A stretch of 64,000 bases of DNA from Candidatus Aminicenantes bacterium (lineage in GTDB: Bacteria; Acidobacteriota; Aminicenantia; Aminicenantales; Saccharicenantaceae): the NCBI GenBank assembly GCA_963809345.1, contig CAWEJF010000005.1, positions 12,118-76,117 of the forward strand, given 5' to 3'. Below are positions 16,685 to 24,748 of this stretch, one piece after another (the stretch's first letter is position 1; each line of letters starts with the position of its first letter). Position numbers and translations under genes: made by a program. Below the pieces are notes generated by a model, which was given only the letters and a program-made list of their open reading frames with translations, searched no databases and was not told the origin of the DNA.

Positions 16685-17346
16685 AGGCCGGCACTTTTAT
16701 CGCCCTGGCGGCCGCGGCCTTCATCGCCCTGGCCGCCTGCCGGGCCGGCGTGCGGGGCTTTTCGGGCCTCGCCGCCTATGATTTCGAGAACGGCTCGGTC
16801 GACGGCTGGGTCCCCGACGACCCCTCCCATTGGCGCGTCGTCGCCGATGGCGGATCCAAGGTCTACGAGCTCACGGCCCCCGGCGCTCCCGGCCCCGTCA
16901 GGGCCCCGGCCTCGCGCTCCCTCATCGCGGCTCATGACGTCTCGTCCTTCGAGTTCTCCGGCCGGCTGCGCTGCCACACCGACCCCTCGATCGCCTTCCG
17001 CGACATGTGCGTCATCTTCCATTATCAGGACCCGACCCATTTCTGCTACGTCCATTTTGCAGGCAAGAGCGACGAGGTCCATAACATCATCGGCCTCGTC
17101 GACGGGGCCGACCGGGTCAAGATCAATGCCGAGCCGGCCGGGCAGTCGGTCTTCCGCCTGACCGACCGCGCCTGGCACGATTTCAAGGTCACGTGCGATG
17201 CGCGGACCGGCGAGATCCGGGCCTATCTCGACGACATGGCCCGGCCCATCCTGACCGCCCGCGACACGGCTCTCGGCCACGGCCTGGTCGGCGTCGGCTC
17301 GTTCGACGACACGGGCGCCTTTGATGATCTCGCGCTGCGATTTTGA
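16678..17346 (+). CDS. lipoprotein with LamG/DUF1080-like jelly-roll domain (tentative)
   Basis: 222 aa. GTG start overlaps the AKR stop. Signal FIALAAAAFIALAAC. GWVPDDPSHWRVVADGGSKVYEL and the C-terminal FDDLALRF resemble DUF1080-type domains (from memory). Confidence 0.5.
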   Translation: MLKAGTFIALAAAAFIALAACRAGVRGFSGLAAYDFENGSVDGWVPDDPSHWRVVADGGSKVYELTAPGAPGPVRAPASRSLIAAHDVSSFEFSGRLRCHTDPSIAFRDMCVIFHYQDPTHFCYVHFAGKSDEVHNIIGLVDGADRVKINAEPAGQSVFRLTDRAWHDFKVTCDARTGEIRAYLDDMARPILTARDTALGHGLVGVGSFDDTGAFDDLALRF

Positions 17347-17419
17347 CGGTCTCCGCCTTCCTGCTAAGATGGACGCCGGGGTCTCGGGAGACCATCCCAC
17401 CGTTAAGGAGCTGTCACAG

Positions 17420-17812
17420 ATGAGCTTGCGCAAGATGATGAAGGATATCGTGGGCGGGAAGCAGGGCGGCCCCGTGAGCGACGCTTGCGTCCTCTTCGAA
17501 AGCGCCGAGGAGCTCGTGTCGGCTATCCGGTCCCGGGACAAGCTCATGGTCCTCTTCTACGCCTCCTGGTGCCCCTTCTCCCAGGCGTTCCTCCCGACGT
17601 ATCTCGCTCATGCCTCGGCCGGCGACCCCTGCTACGCGCGCATGATCGTCGATGACGGCGATCCCCTCGTCGAGAAGTACGCGATCGACGTCTTCCCGAC
17701 CGTCTTGTTCTTCGAAAAGGGCGCCCTCGTCCGCCGGCTGGACGGCGCTTATCACCGCGGTCTGAGCCAGGGCCAGCTCCAGGACTTCGCCCGCCGCTGC
17801 GCCGTGAAGTGA
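17420..17812 (+). CDS. thioredoxin-fold protein with monothiol WCPFS (CxxS) motif
   Basis: ORF track 17321..17812. Start moved to ATG 17420 behind AAGGAG. LMVLFYASWCPFSQAF..IDVFPTVLFFEKG is a thioredoxin-like layout with CxxS instead of CxxC. Confidence 0.7.
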   Translation: MSLRKMMKDIVGGKQGGPVSDACVLFESAEELVSAIRSRDKLMVLFYASWCPFSQAFLPTYLAHASAGDPCYARMIVDDGDPLVEKYAIDVFPTVLFFEKGALVRRLDGAYHRGLSQGQLQDFARRCAVK

Positions 17813-17823
17813 AGGCGGGACTC

Positions 17824-19125
17824 ATGAAAAGACATTTCGCCCTGACCGCCCTTTTCGCCGGACTCGCCTGCCTCCTCCTCGCGGGCTGCCAGGCGAAGGA
17901 GGAACCGATCGTCGAGGACACCTGGGCCTCCCTTCTCAAGCTCACAGCGAGCAATCCCGCCGACAGCGACAACTTCGCCTTCGCCCTGTCCCTCGACGGC
18001 GATTACGCCCTCATCGGCGCCCCGAGCGCCGACAGCTCGTTGACGGACAGCGGCGCGGCCTACCTTTACCTGAGATCGCAGGGCGGGCTCGACGGATGGG
18101 GCGAGATCAAGACGCTCCTCGCAAGCGACGCCGGCGCCGGCGATTTCTTCGGCTGCGCCGTCTCCATCTCCGGCGATTATGCCGTCGTCGGAGCGGTCGG
18201 GGAGAACGGCTCCGGGACCGACCAGGGCGCCGCCTACGTTTTTTATCGTTACCAGGGCGGGGCCGATAACTGGGGCCAAGTCAAGAAGCTCGTCGGCGGC
18301 GACAGGGCCGACAACGACGGGTTCGGCTACGCCATCGCCATCGACGGGACGACCATCCTCGTCGGCGCGGACGGTGAGGACGGCTCCGGCTCCGACCAGG
18401 GCGCGGCCTATATCTTCACCAAGGACGTCGGCGGGGTCGACAATTGGGGTCAAGTCGCCAAGATCGTCTCCGGCGACCCCGACGATATCGACCAATTCGG
18501 CTACGCTCTCGCCCTCAAGGGGAATTACGCGCTCGTCGGCTCCCCCGGGGAGGACGGGGCCGGGGCAGACCGCGGCGCGGCCTACATCTTCTCGCGCGAC
18601 CTCGGCGGAACGGACGCGTGGGGACTGGTGAAAAAAGTCGTTCCGAGCGATCCGACCGACGACGCCTGGTTCGCGACCGCCCTGGCGATTGACGGGACGC
18701 TGGCCGTCGTCGGCTCGGGATGGGACGACGGCGGGGGGACCAACAAGGGCGCCGCCTACGTTTTCGGCAAGGACAGCGGCGGCACGGAAAACTGGGGCCA
18801 GGTCAAGAAGCTCACCGCGAGCGACGCCCGCGATTCCGATTTGTTCGGATACAACGTCTCCATCGACGGGACGAGCATCGTCGTCGGCGCCGGCTGGGCC
18901 AGAGCCGGAGGCACGGAACGGGGCCAGGCTTACCTCTTCACCAGGGACGAGGGGGGGACGGACAACTGGGGCGAGGTCCAGCGCCTGCGGGCGAGTGACG
19001 CCGCGAACGAGGACTGGTTCGGCTTTTCCACCGCGATCTTCGGCCAATACATCCTGGTCGGAGCCGTGGGAGAGGACGGGGCCGGCACCGCGCGGGGCGC
19101 GGCCTACCTCTTCAAGAAGATCTGA
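17824..19125 (+). CDS. lipoprotein with seven FG-GAP-like repeats (predicted 7-bladed beta-propeller)
   Basis: ORF track 17809..19125. Start at ATG 17824 (MKRHFALTALFAGLACLLLAGC lipobox). Seven units of about 52-60 aa of the form D.FG..v.idGd.a.VGA...dg......GAAY.F.r..gg.d.WgqvkKl.asD. Confidence 0.75.
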   Translation: MKRHFALTALFAGLACLLLAGCQAKEEPIVEDTWASLLKLTASNPADSDNFAFALSLDGDYALIGAPSADSSLTDSGAAYLYLRSQGGLDGWGEIKTLLASDAGAGDFFGCAVSISGDYAVVGAVGENGSGTDQGAAYVFYRYQGGADNWGQVKKLVGGDRADNDGFGYAIAIDGTTILVGADGEDGSGSDQGAAYIFTKDVGGVDNWGQVAKIVSGDPDDIDQFGYALALKGNYALVGSPGEDGAGADRGAAYIFSRDLGGTDAWGLVKKVVPSDPTDDAWFATALAIDGTLAVVGSGWDDGGGTNKGAAYVFGKDSGGTENWGQVKKLTASDARDSDLFGYNVSIDGTSIVVGAGWARAGGTERGQAYLFTRDEGGTDNWGEVQRLRASDAANEDWFGFSTAIFGQYILVGAVGEDGAGTARGAAYLFKKI

Positions 19126-19218
19126 AGCCCGGGCCCGCCCGGTCGGATTGACAGGTCCGCCGTTTTCGGCGAGAATCGCCGTGGACCGGGCGTTCCGAGC
19201 GGTCGGTCCCTCAAGCCG

Positions 19219-20160
19219 ATGCCTCGATACGACCTGGCCATCACCCATGACTGGGAATACGACGCCGATTTCGTCCGCCTCATCGCGGGGTCGGCCAGCT
19301 CACGCGGCCTGACGACTCTCCTCATCCCGCCGGCCGAGGCCGCCCGCGTCCTCGAGGAGTTCCGCTCCGGGGCCCTCGACTTCGCGGTCCTCCTTGACCG
19401 GGCCTCGGGGTCCTCGCCGGAATTCATCGGCCTGCAGGCCCTGGCCGTCGAAAGGGGCCGGGACGTCATCGAAGGCCTGGACAAGCTCCGATGGGCCTCT
19501 GACAAGGCGACCATGCACCTGGAGTTTCACTCCGCGGGCATTCCCACACCGCACACGGTCATTCTGCCGGCCTTCGCCGCCGAGCCCCGGATCGACCTGA
19601 CGCCCCGCGAGCTGGAACCGCTCGGCGTCCCCTTTATCATCAAGCCGGCCAATACGACAGGAGGCAGTCTCGGCGTCGTCGCCAGCGCCGGCGGTCCGGA
19701 CGATGTCCTGGCCGCGCGAAAGACCTACCCGACGGATAAGTATCTGCTCCAGGAGAAGGTCGTCCCCGAGGTCACGGCCGGCCGGCGGTTCTGGCTCAGG
19801 GGGTTCTATGTCTTCGGCGAGGTCTATCTTACTTGGTGGGACGACGGCACGCACATCTATACCGAGCTCGGCCACGACGAGGCCGCCGCGGCCGGCCTTG
19901 GCCCGATCTACGCGATCGTGCGGGCCATCGCCCGCGTCTCTCGGCTCCGGTTCTTTTCGACAGAGGTGGCGCGGGACGACCGCGGCCGCCTTGTCGTCGT
20001 CGATTATGTCAACGAGATCTGCGACATGAGGCTCCGGTCGGTCCACCCGGACGGCGTCCCGGACGCCGTGGTCGTCCGGATCGCCGACCGCATCGCCGCC
20101 CATGCCGCCGAGGCCGCTGCCCCACAGTCGCCGCGGGGCGGGCCGGGGAGTCCAGAATGA
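19219..20160 (+). CDS. ATP-grasp-like protein (RimK/Ddl superfamily, divergent)
   Basis: 313 aa. DKATMHLEFHSAGIPTPHTVIL, PFIIKPANTTGGSLGV, YLLQEKV, and C-terminal FFSTEVARDDRGRLVVVDYVNEICD fit an ATP-grasp fold. The assignment is by eye only. Confidence 0.55.
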   Translation: MPRYDLAITHDWEYDADFVRLIAGSASSRGLTTLLIPPAEAARVLEEFRSGALDFAVLLDRASGSSPEFIGLQALAVERGRDVIEGLDKLRWASDKATMHLEFHSAGIPTPHTVILPAFAAEPRIDLTPRELEPLGVPFIIKPANTTGGSLGVVASAGGPDDVLAARKTYPTDKYLLQEKVVPEVTAGRRFWLRGFYVFGEVYLTWWDDGTHIYTELGHDEAAAAGLGPIYAIVRAIARVSRLRFFSTEVARDDRGRLVVVDYVNEICDMRLRSVHPDGVPDAVVVRIADRIAAHAAEAAAPQSPRGGPGSPE

Positions 20161-20534
20161 AGCTCAGGGGAATGATCATCGGCCTCCTCCTGGCGCTCGT
20201 CGCCGGCTACTTCATCTTCTTCACCAAGGTCGCCAAGGACGACAAAGGCGGCCTCGAGATCATGGTCGACAAGTATCTCGAGTCGAAGATCAAGCTGACC
20301 GAGGCCAATCTGGAGGGCCTGTCGCGCGAGGTCCTCACATACACGAGCGAAGGAGAGGGGCTGCCCGAGACGCTCGACGCGCTGAGGCGTTTCCACCCGA
20401 CCGCGGGCTCCCTGCCCGACGCGTGGGGGACGAAGATCCGCTACGAGAGGCTGTCGGATTCGAGCTTCCGGCTCCGCTCGGCCGGTCCCGACCGGATCTT
20501 CGATAACGCCGACGACATCGTCAAGGATTTTTAA
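20157..20534 (+). CDS. membrane-anchored protein with type II secretion GspG C-terminal-like domain, no prepilin leader
   Basis: Start ATG 20157 overlaps the ATP-grasp stop (ATGA). 125 aa. N-terminal TM MKLRGMIIGLLLALVAGYFIFF lacks a G/FTLIE prepilin motif. C-terminal LPDAWGTKIRYERLSDSSFRLRSAGPDRIFDNADDIV matches the GspG-C pattern D.WG..y.Y......f.l.S.G.D......DDi. Confidence 0.55.
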   Translation: MKLRGMIIGLLLALVAGYFIFFTKVAKDDKGGLEIMVDKYLESKIKLTEANLEGLSREVLTYTSEGEGLPETLDALRRFHPTAGSLPDAWGTKIRYERLSDSSFRLRSAGPDRIFDNADDIVKDF

Positions 20535-20889
20535 CGAAGAGCCGCTTGATCCTGGCCCAGAGCGTCTTCCGGGCAGGCGCCTCCTCGATCTCGAGCTTGC
20601 CGACCGACTTGCGGAAGGCGGCTTGGGGCGGGAAATAGGGGGCGCGCCGGAGCAGGGCCAGATCGTACTCCTTGCGCTTATCGGGGTCGCGGAGCGTCTG
20701 GAAGGCCTCCTGGACGCGGCCGAGGATGGCCTCGCGCTCGGCCTCGGAGACGAGGCCGTAAAGGGCGAGCGACCCGTCCCGATAGGTGGCCAGGGCGGCT
20801 TGATAGCCCTCCCAGATCTCGTCCTGCGAGGCCGTCCGCTCGACCGACAGGAGCTCGTAGTAGTTCCAGTCCTCGATCTTCTTCAGCAT
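20521..20889 (-). CDS. J-domain-like protein lacking the HPD motif
   Basis: 122 aa. NYYELLSVERTASQDEIWEGYQAALATYRDGS....VQEAFQTLRDPDKRKEYD is a J-domain helix I-III pattern, with YRDGS where HPD is expected. The start overlaps the upstream ParA-like stop by 1 nt. Confidence 0.65.
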   Translation of the reverse strand: MLKKIEDWNYYELLSVERTASQDEIWEGYQAALATYRDGSLALYGLVSEAEREAILGRVQEAFQTLRDPDKRKEYDLALLRRAPYFPPQAAFRKSVGKLEIEEAPARKTLWARIKRLFVKNP

Positions 20890-21827
20890 CAGGCGTCAGG
20901 CAGGCGGATCTCGGGGGGCGTCCGCAGGGTGAATTCGATCGAATAGGCCAGCTCCTCGGACATTTGCCGGATGGCCCTGGCGGCGGCCGAGCCGCGGTGT
21001 TCCGGGTAGTAAGGCCGGAGGCTGCGGAGCGAGGCGGGAACGTCCTCGTCGTAGGGGATGGCGCCGAGGTACTTCATGTCGATGAGCAGGTACTTGCGGG
21101 CCACGTCGGCCACGGACCGGCCGAGAAGGACGTCCTCTTCGCTGCGCGTCCGGTTCATGACCAGGCAGGGGCGGAAGCCGCGCAGGGCCCGGTAGAGGAT
21201 CGTCCCGTAGGACCGGTCGGTCTCCATGAGCGACTTGAAGAAACCGTAAAGCGACTGGGAGTTCTTCTCGATCTGGTCGAGCATCTTCTGGTGGAGGTCC
21301 CGGATCTTGTAGTGGTCCATATAGAGCTTGAGGACCCGCATGATGCATGATTTCAGGAAGAGGTAGGTGTTCTCGATGGCCGTCGGCTCGGGCGTCGTCA
21401 CGACGACGCCGGGGTTGGCGCTGAGGAAGAAGTCGAGCGTGTTGAACGAGCTGCCCGTGCCCAGGTCGAGGATGACGTTCGAGGTCTGGAGCTGGCGGAT
21501 CTGGCGGAGGAGCCGGAGCTTGCGGAAATGGGCGATGTTGGCGACGAAGAGGATGTTCTCCGTGCCCTTGACGAGGCGGAGGTTCCGGTACGGGGTCTCG
21601 ACGGCCGCGGCCTCGAGGGTCGGCACGGACCCGGTCAGGAAGTCGCCGAGGTCCGGGTGCGAGGGTTTGATCCCCAGGAGGGTGTGGAGGTTGGGGGCCC
21701 CGAGGTCGGCATCGATCAGGACGACCTCGCGGTCGAGCGAGGCGAGGTGGAGGGCCAGATTCGCGGCGACGAAGCTCTTGCCTGTTCCGCCCTTGCCGCC
21801 GCCAATAGCCCAGATGCGCTTATCCAT
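20889..21827 (-). CDS. MinD/ParA-family P-loop ATPase
   Basis: ORF track 20889..21890. Start moved to ATG 21827 (MDKRIWAIGGGKGGTGKSFVAANLA), which carries the deviant Walker A KGGxGKS. VVLIDADLGAPNLH and ILDLGTGSS are Walker A'/B-like. Confidence 0.8.
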   Translation of the reverse strand: MDKRIWAIGGGKGGTGKSFVAANLALHLASLDREVVLIDADLGAPNLHTLLGIKPSHPDLGDFLTGSVPTLEAAAVETPYRNLRLVKGTENILFVANIAHFRKLRLLRQIRQLQTSNVILDLGTGSSFNTLDFFLSANPGVVVTTPEPTAIENTYLFLKSCIMRVLKLYMDHYKIRDLHQKMLDQIEKNSQSLYGFFKSLMETDRSYGTILYRALRGFRPCLVMNRTRSEEDVLLGRSVADVARKYLLIDMKYLGAIPYDEDVPASLRSLRPYYPEHRGSAAARAIRQMSEELAYSIEFTLRTPPEIRLPDA

Positions 21828-21847
21828 GATTGACCTTGATTGACCTT
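21828..21847. repeat. perfect tandem duplication of the 10-mer GATTGACCTT directly upstream of the ParA-like start
   Basis: GATTGACCTT at 21828-21837 and 21838-21847. A third ATTGAC lies at 21890-21895. The reverse strand reads AAGGTCAATC AAGGTCAATC ATG. Confidence 0.6.
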
Positions 21848-21957
21848 GGCCCCGATACTCTTTTTTACCATAGACGACGGCTGAATTCAATTGACGGACG
21901 GTGTCGCCCTGTGGTTCGCGGGCGAACGCAAGAAGCGATCCGATCGAGCTCTTGGCC

Positions 21958-23655
21958 CTAGACGGGCTTGGCTTCCACGCCTTCCGTCACTGCGCCCTTC
22001 TTCTTGTTCCAGGCCTTGCGGATGAGAAGCAGCATGGCCAGGAGCAAGGCGGCGATCATGGCCCGGGCGCCCCAGAGATAGGGCCGGTTGACCGGGTCCT
22101 TGCCCTTCATCAAGAATTCCTTGACGGCGTCCTGGTAGGTCCACACGGCGAGCATGATGAGGAGGTAGATCGGTGTGACGTAGGTCAGGATGAACTTGAA
22201 GATCCTGGGGACCTTGAGATCGGCGCCCTTGTGCATCTCGACCCAGCCCTTCTTCAGGCCGAAGATCCAGGAGAAGAGGACGATCTCGATGGCCGCGAAG
22301 ACGACCAGGCCGAACGTGCCGGCCCAGAAATCGAGCTCGTCGAGGAAGCCGAACTTGAAGAAGGCGATGACGATGGCGCTCATGGTGACGAGCACGGAGA
22401 AGACGACGATGACGGCCTTCTCCCGCTTCCACTTGAATTCGTCCTCGAGGAAGGCGATGGCCGGCTGGGTCATGGCCACCGACGAGGTGATGCCGGCGAT
22501 GAAGAGCAGGAAGAACCACATGCCGCCGAGGATCTGGCCGAGAGGGATCTTCTGGAAGATGACCGGCAGGGCTTGGAAGCCGAGGTTGAAGGCGCCGCCT
22601 TGAGCGATGACCTGGGTCTCGGCCAGGCCGAAGAAGGCCACGGCCACGGGGATGGCGATCGTGCCGCCGAGGACAACCTCAGCGAATTCGTTGGTCGAGG
22701 AGGTCGTCAGCCCGTTCAGGGTGATGTCCTGTTTCTCGCGGACGTAGGAGGCGTAGGTGTTGATGATGCCCTGGCCCAAGCTCAGGGTGAAGAAGATCTG
22801 GCCGGCCGCGACCAGCCAGACCGAAGCCGACCCCAGGCGGCTGAAATCAGGATTCCACATGTAACCCATGCCGTTGGCGATGCTCATCTCCGGCTGCGAC
22901 GGGTCGGGCGTGCCCAGGGTCAGGACGCGGATGGCCAGAATGATGCCGAAAATGAAAAGCAGCGGCATGCCGTACTTGGCCAGGATCTCGATGCCCTTGG
23001 AAATGCCCTTGTAGAGAAAATAGAAATTGAAGGCGATGGTGATGCCCCAGAAGATGAGGATAGGGACCATCGAGCTGAAGAAATCATTCTGCTCGACCCC
23101 TTGGAAGCCGCGAAGGAACTGGCCCATGGCGTCGCGGTTGGCGTGGCCGAAGTACTTCCCGGTCACCGAGAACCAGGAATAGCCGAGGCACCAGGACTCG
23201 ATAAAATTGTAGTAGATGACGATGACGAAGGGGATGACGATGCCCAGGGCGCCCAGGTACTTCGACGGCGCCTTTTTCCACAGGAGGCTGAGCATGCCCG
23301 GCGTCGTGCCGTGGCCGTGGGCCCCGCCCATGCGGCCGATCGTCCACTCGACCCACATCATCGGGATGCCGAGGAGGAGGAAGGCGACGAAATAGGGGAT
23401 CATGAACGCGCCGCCGCCGTTGGCCGCGGCCTTGACCGGGAAGCGGAGGAAGTTGCCCAGGCCGATGGCGTTGCCGGCCACGGCCAGGATGAGACCGATG
23501 CGCGAGCCCCACTGCTCGCGGCCGCCGGCCTCGACCACGACCTCCGGCTTCTTGCCGAAGAGAACGCGGGAGAAGCAGTAGATCGTCAGGGTCAGGATGA
23601 AACCCCAGCCGAAGACGAGGAAAAACCAGCCGCTTGTGGAGACGCCTTGAGTCAT
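21958..23655 (-). CDS. sodium-dependent transporter, NSS (SNF, LeuT-like) family
   Basis: 565 aa, about 12 TM helices. NSS signature WGSRIGLILAVAGNAIGLGNFLRFPVKAAANGGGAFMIPYFVAFLLLGIPMMWVEWTIGR. GAGGAGG-type RBS. Confidence 0.9.
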   Translation of the reverse strand: MTQGVSTSGWFFLVFGWGFILTLTIYCFSRVLFGKKPEVVVEAGGREQWGSRIGLILAVAGNAIGLGNFLRFPVKAAANGGGAFMIPYFVAFLLLGIPMMWVEWTIGRMGGAHGHGTTPGMLSLLWKKAPSKYLGALGIVIPFVIVIYYNFIESWCLGYSWFSVTGKYFGHANRDAMGQFLRGFQGVEQNDFFSSMVPILIFWGITIAFNFYFLYKGISKGIEILAKYGMPLLFIFGIILAIRVLTLGTPDPSQPEMSIANGMGYMWNPDFSRLGSASVWLVAAGQIFFTLSLGQGIINTYASYVREKQDITLNGLTTSSTNEFAEVVLGGTIAIPVAVAFFGLAETQVIAQGGAFNLGFQALPVIFQKIPLGQILGGMWFFLLFIAGITSSVAMTQPAIAFLEDEFKWKREKAVIVVFSVLVTMSAIVIAFFKFGFLDELDFWAGTFGLVVFAAIEIVLFSWIFGLKKGWVEMHKGADLKVPRIFKFILTYVTPIYLLIMLAVWTYQDAVKEFLMKGKDPVNRPYLWGARAMIAALLLAMLLLIRKAWNKKKGAVTEGVEAKPV

Positions 23656-23727
23656 GGGACCTCCTCGGATCAGAGAGAAAAGTTAATTACCATAGGACGC
23701 GGCTCCTGTCAAAACAAATAGCCGGGC

Positions 23728-23756
23728 TTGCGTTCCTCCCCGGTTTCTGGTATCTT
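23728..23756 (+). promoter_or_regulatory. candidate promoter of rpoZ
   Basis: TTGCGT (23728-23733), 17-bp spacer, TGG-TATCTT (extended -10, 23748-23756). Confidence 0.4.
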
Positions 23757-23799
23757 AAGCCATTACATCTGTCTAATTTTCCGCAGGAGCCGACACACT

Positions 23800-24183
23800 T
23801 TGGACGCATTCGGGAATATCGACAGCAAATACCGTTTCATCATCCTGGCCGCCAAGCGGGCCAAGCAGCTTCTCAAGGGCGCCAAGCCCAAGATCGAGGG
23901 CAAGTCCAAGAACCCCATCCGCATCGCCCAGGCCGAGGTCCGGAAAGGGCTCATCGAATACGAGATCATCCCGACCCACATGGACGAGGTCCCCGAGCGC
24001 GAGGAGCGCGTCTTTGTGGGCGGCGGGATCCCCGACGAAGCCGTGGAATCCGACGGGGTCGCCGGGAAGGACCTCGTCGACGAGGACGTCGAGGTCGTGC
24101 CGGGCGAGGAGACCGAAACCGAGGAAGTCGACGAAGACGCCGAAGAAGAGGACGGCCTCGCCAAAGAGGACAAGGACGAGTAA
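23800..24183 (+). CDS. rpoZ: DNA-directed RNA polymerase subunit omega with long acidic C-terminal tail
   Basis: ORF track 23728..24183. The likely start is TTG 23800, 9 nt after AGGAG. NIDSKYRFIILAAKRAKQLLKG..NPIRIAQAEVRKG is the omega signature. The tail is rich in D/E. Confidence 0.8.
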   Translation: MDAFGNIDSKYRFIILAAKRAKQLLKGAKPKIEGKSKNPIRIAQAEVRKGLIEYEIIPTHMDEVPEREERVFVGGGIPDEAVESDGVAGKDLVDEDVEVVPGEETETEEVDEDAEEEDGLAKEDKDE

Positions 24184-24201
24184 CCCGGGTCCACCGGTGG
24201 C

Positions 24202-24726
24202 TCAAGCCGCGGCGCCCGTTCCCTCCCGATCGCGGATCAGATCGACGTAGCTCCGGGTGATGAAGTCCGTCCGCCCGAAGCCGAGGGCCCGGGCGAAGCG
24301 GGTGATCTCATGCCGCTCGCCCTCGAGCTCGACGAAATTCCCGACCGGCGTCTCGTCGACGCATATGGTCAACCGGCTCTTCCGCAGCACCGTCCGGTGT
24401 TTCCTATAAGAAAACATCTCCTTGAGCCCCAGGGCCTTGAGGATCTTCCGCGCCTCCTTGGGATCGCGGACCTGGGTCTCGAACTCCTCGCGGACCTTGA
24501 ACGAGCGGGACTTCTGCGGCTCGCCCTTGAAGGTCAGTGTGGCCCGCTTTCCCGCCGTCCGCAGGCGCAGGGCCCGGCGCCCCGCCCCGAGCGACCCGTC
24601 GCCGAAGTCGAAGAAAGCGTCGGATTCAAGGTGCCTGTCGCGGGCGACGACGGCGCCGAGGCCGAGGACCTTCTCCCGGGCGGCCTTGGGATCGTCGATC
24701 CGGATCTTGACTTCGATCTCGGTCAT
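24202..24726 (-). CDS. CYTH-domain protein (class IV adenylate cyclase / triphosphatase family)
   Basis: ORF track 24202..24984. Start moved to ATG 24726. MTEIEVKIRI carries the ExExK motif. Size (~174 aa) and LRLRTAGKRATLTFKG..ICVDETPVGNFVELE are typical of CyaB-like CYTH proteins. Confidence 0.8.
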   Translation of the reverse strand: MTEIEVKIRIDDPKAAREKVLGLGAVVARDRHLESDAFFDFGDGSLGAGRRALRLRTAGKRATLTFKGEPQKSRSFKVREEFETQVRDPKEARKILKALGLKEMFSYRKHRTVLRKSRLTICVDETPVGNFVELEGERHEITRFARALGFGRTDFITRSYVDLIRDREGTGAAA

Positions 24727-24748
24727 GGCGTCCCCTCTTTCCGGCCTA

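Noticed and set aside
17824-19125. Regular ~156-180-bp periodicity at the DNA level that could suggest a repeat array or CRISPR
   Set aside because: The periodicity is the seven FG-GAP protein repeats of one continuous ORF. Units are diverged at the DNA level and have no spacer/repeat structure. No CRISPR-like array was seen anywhere in the window.
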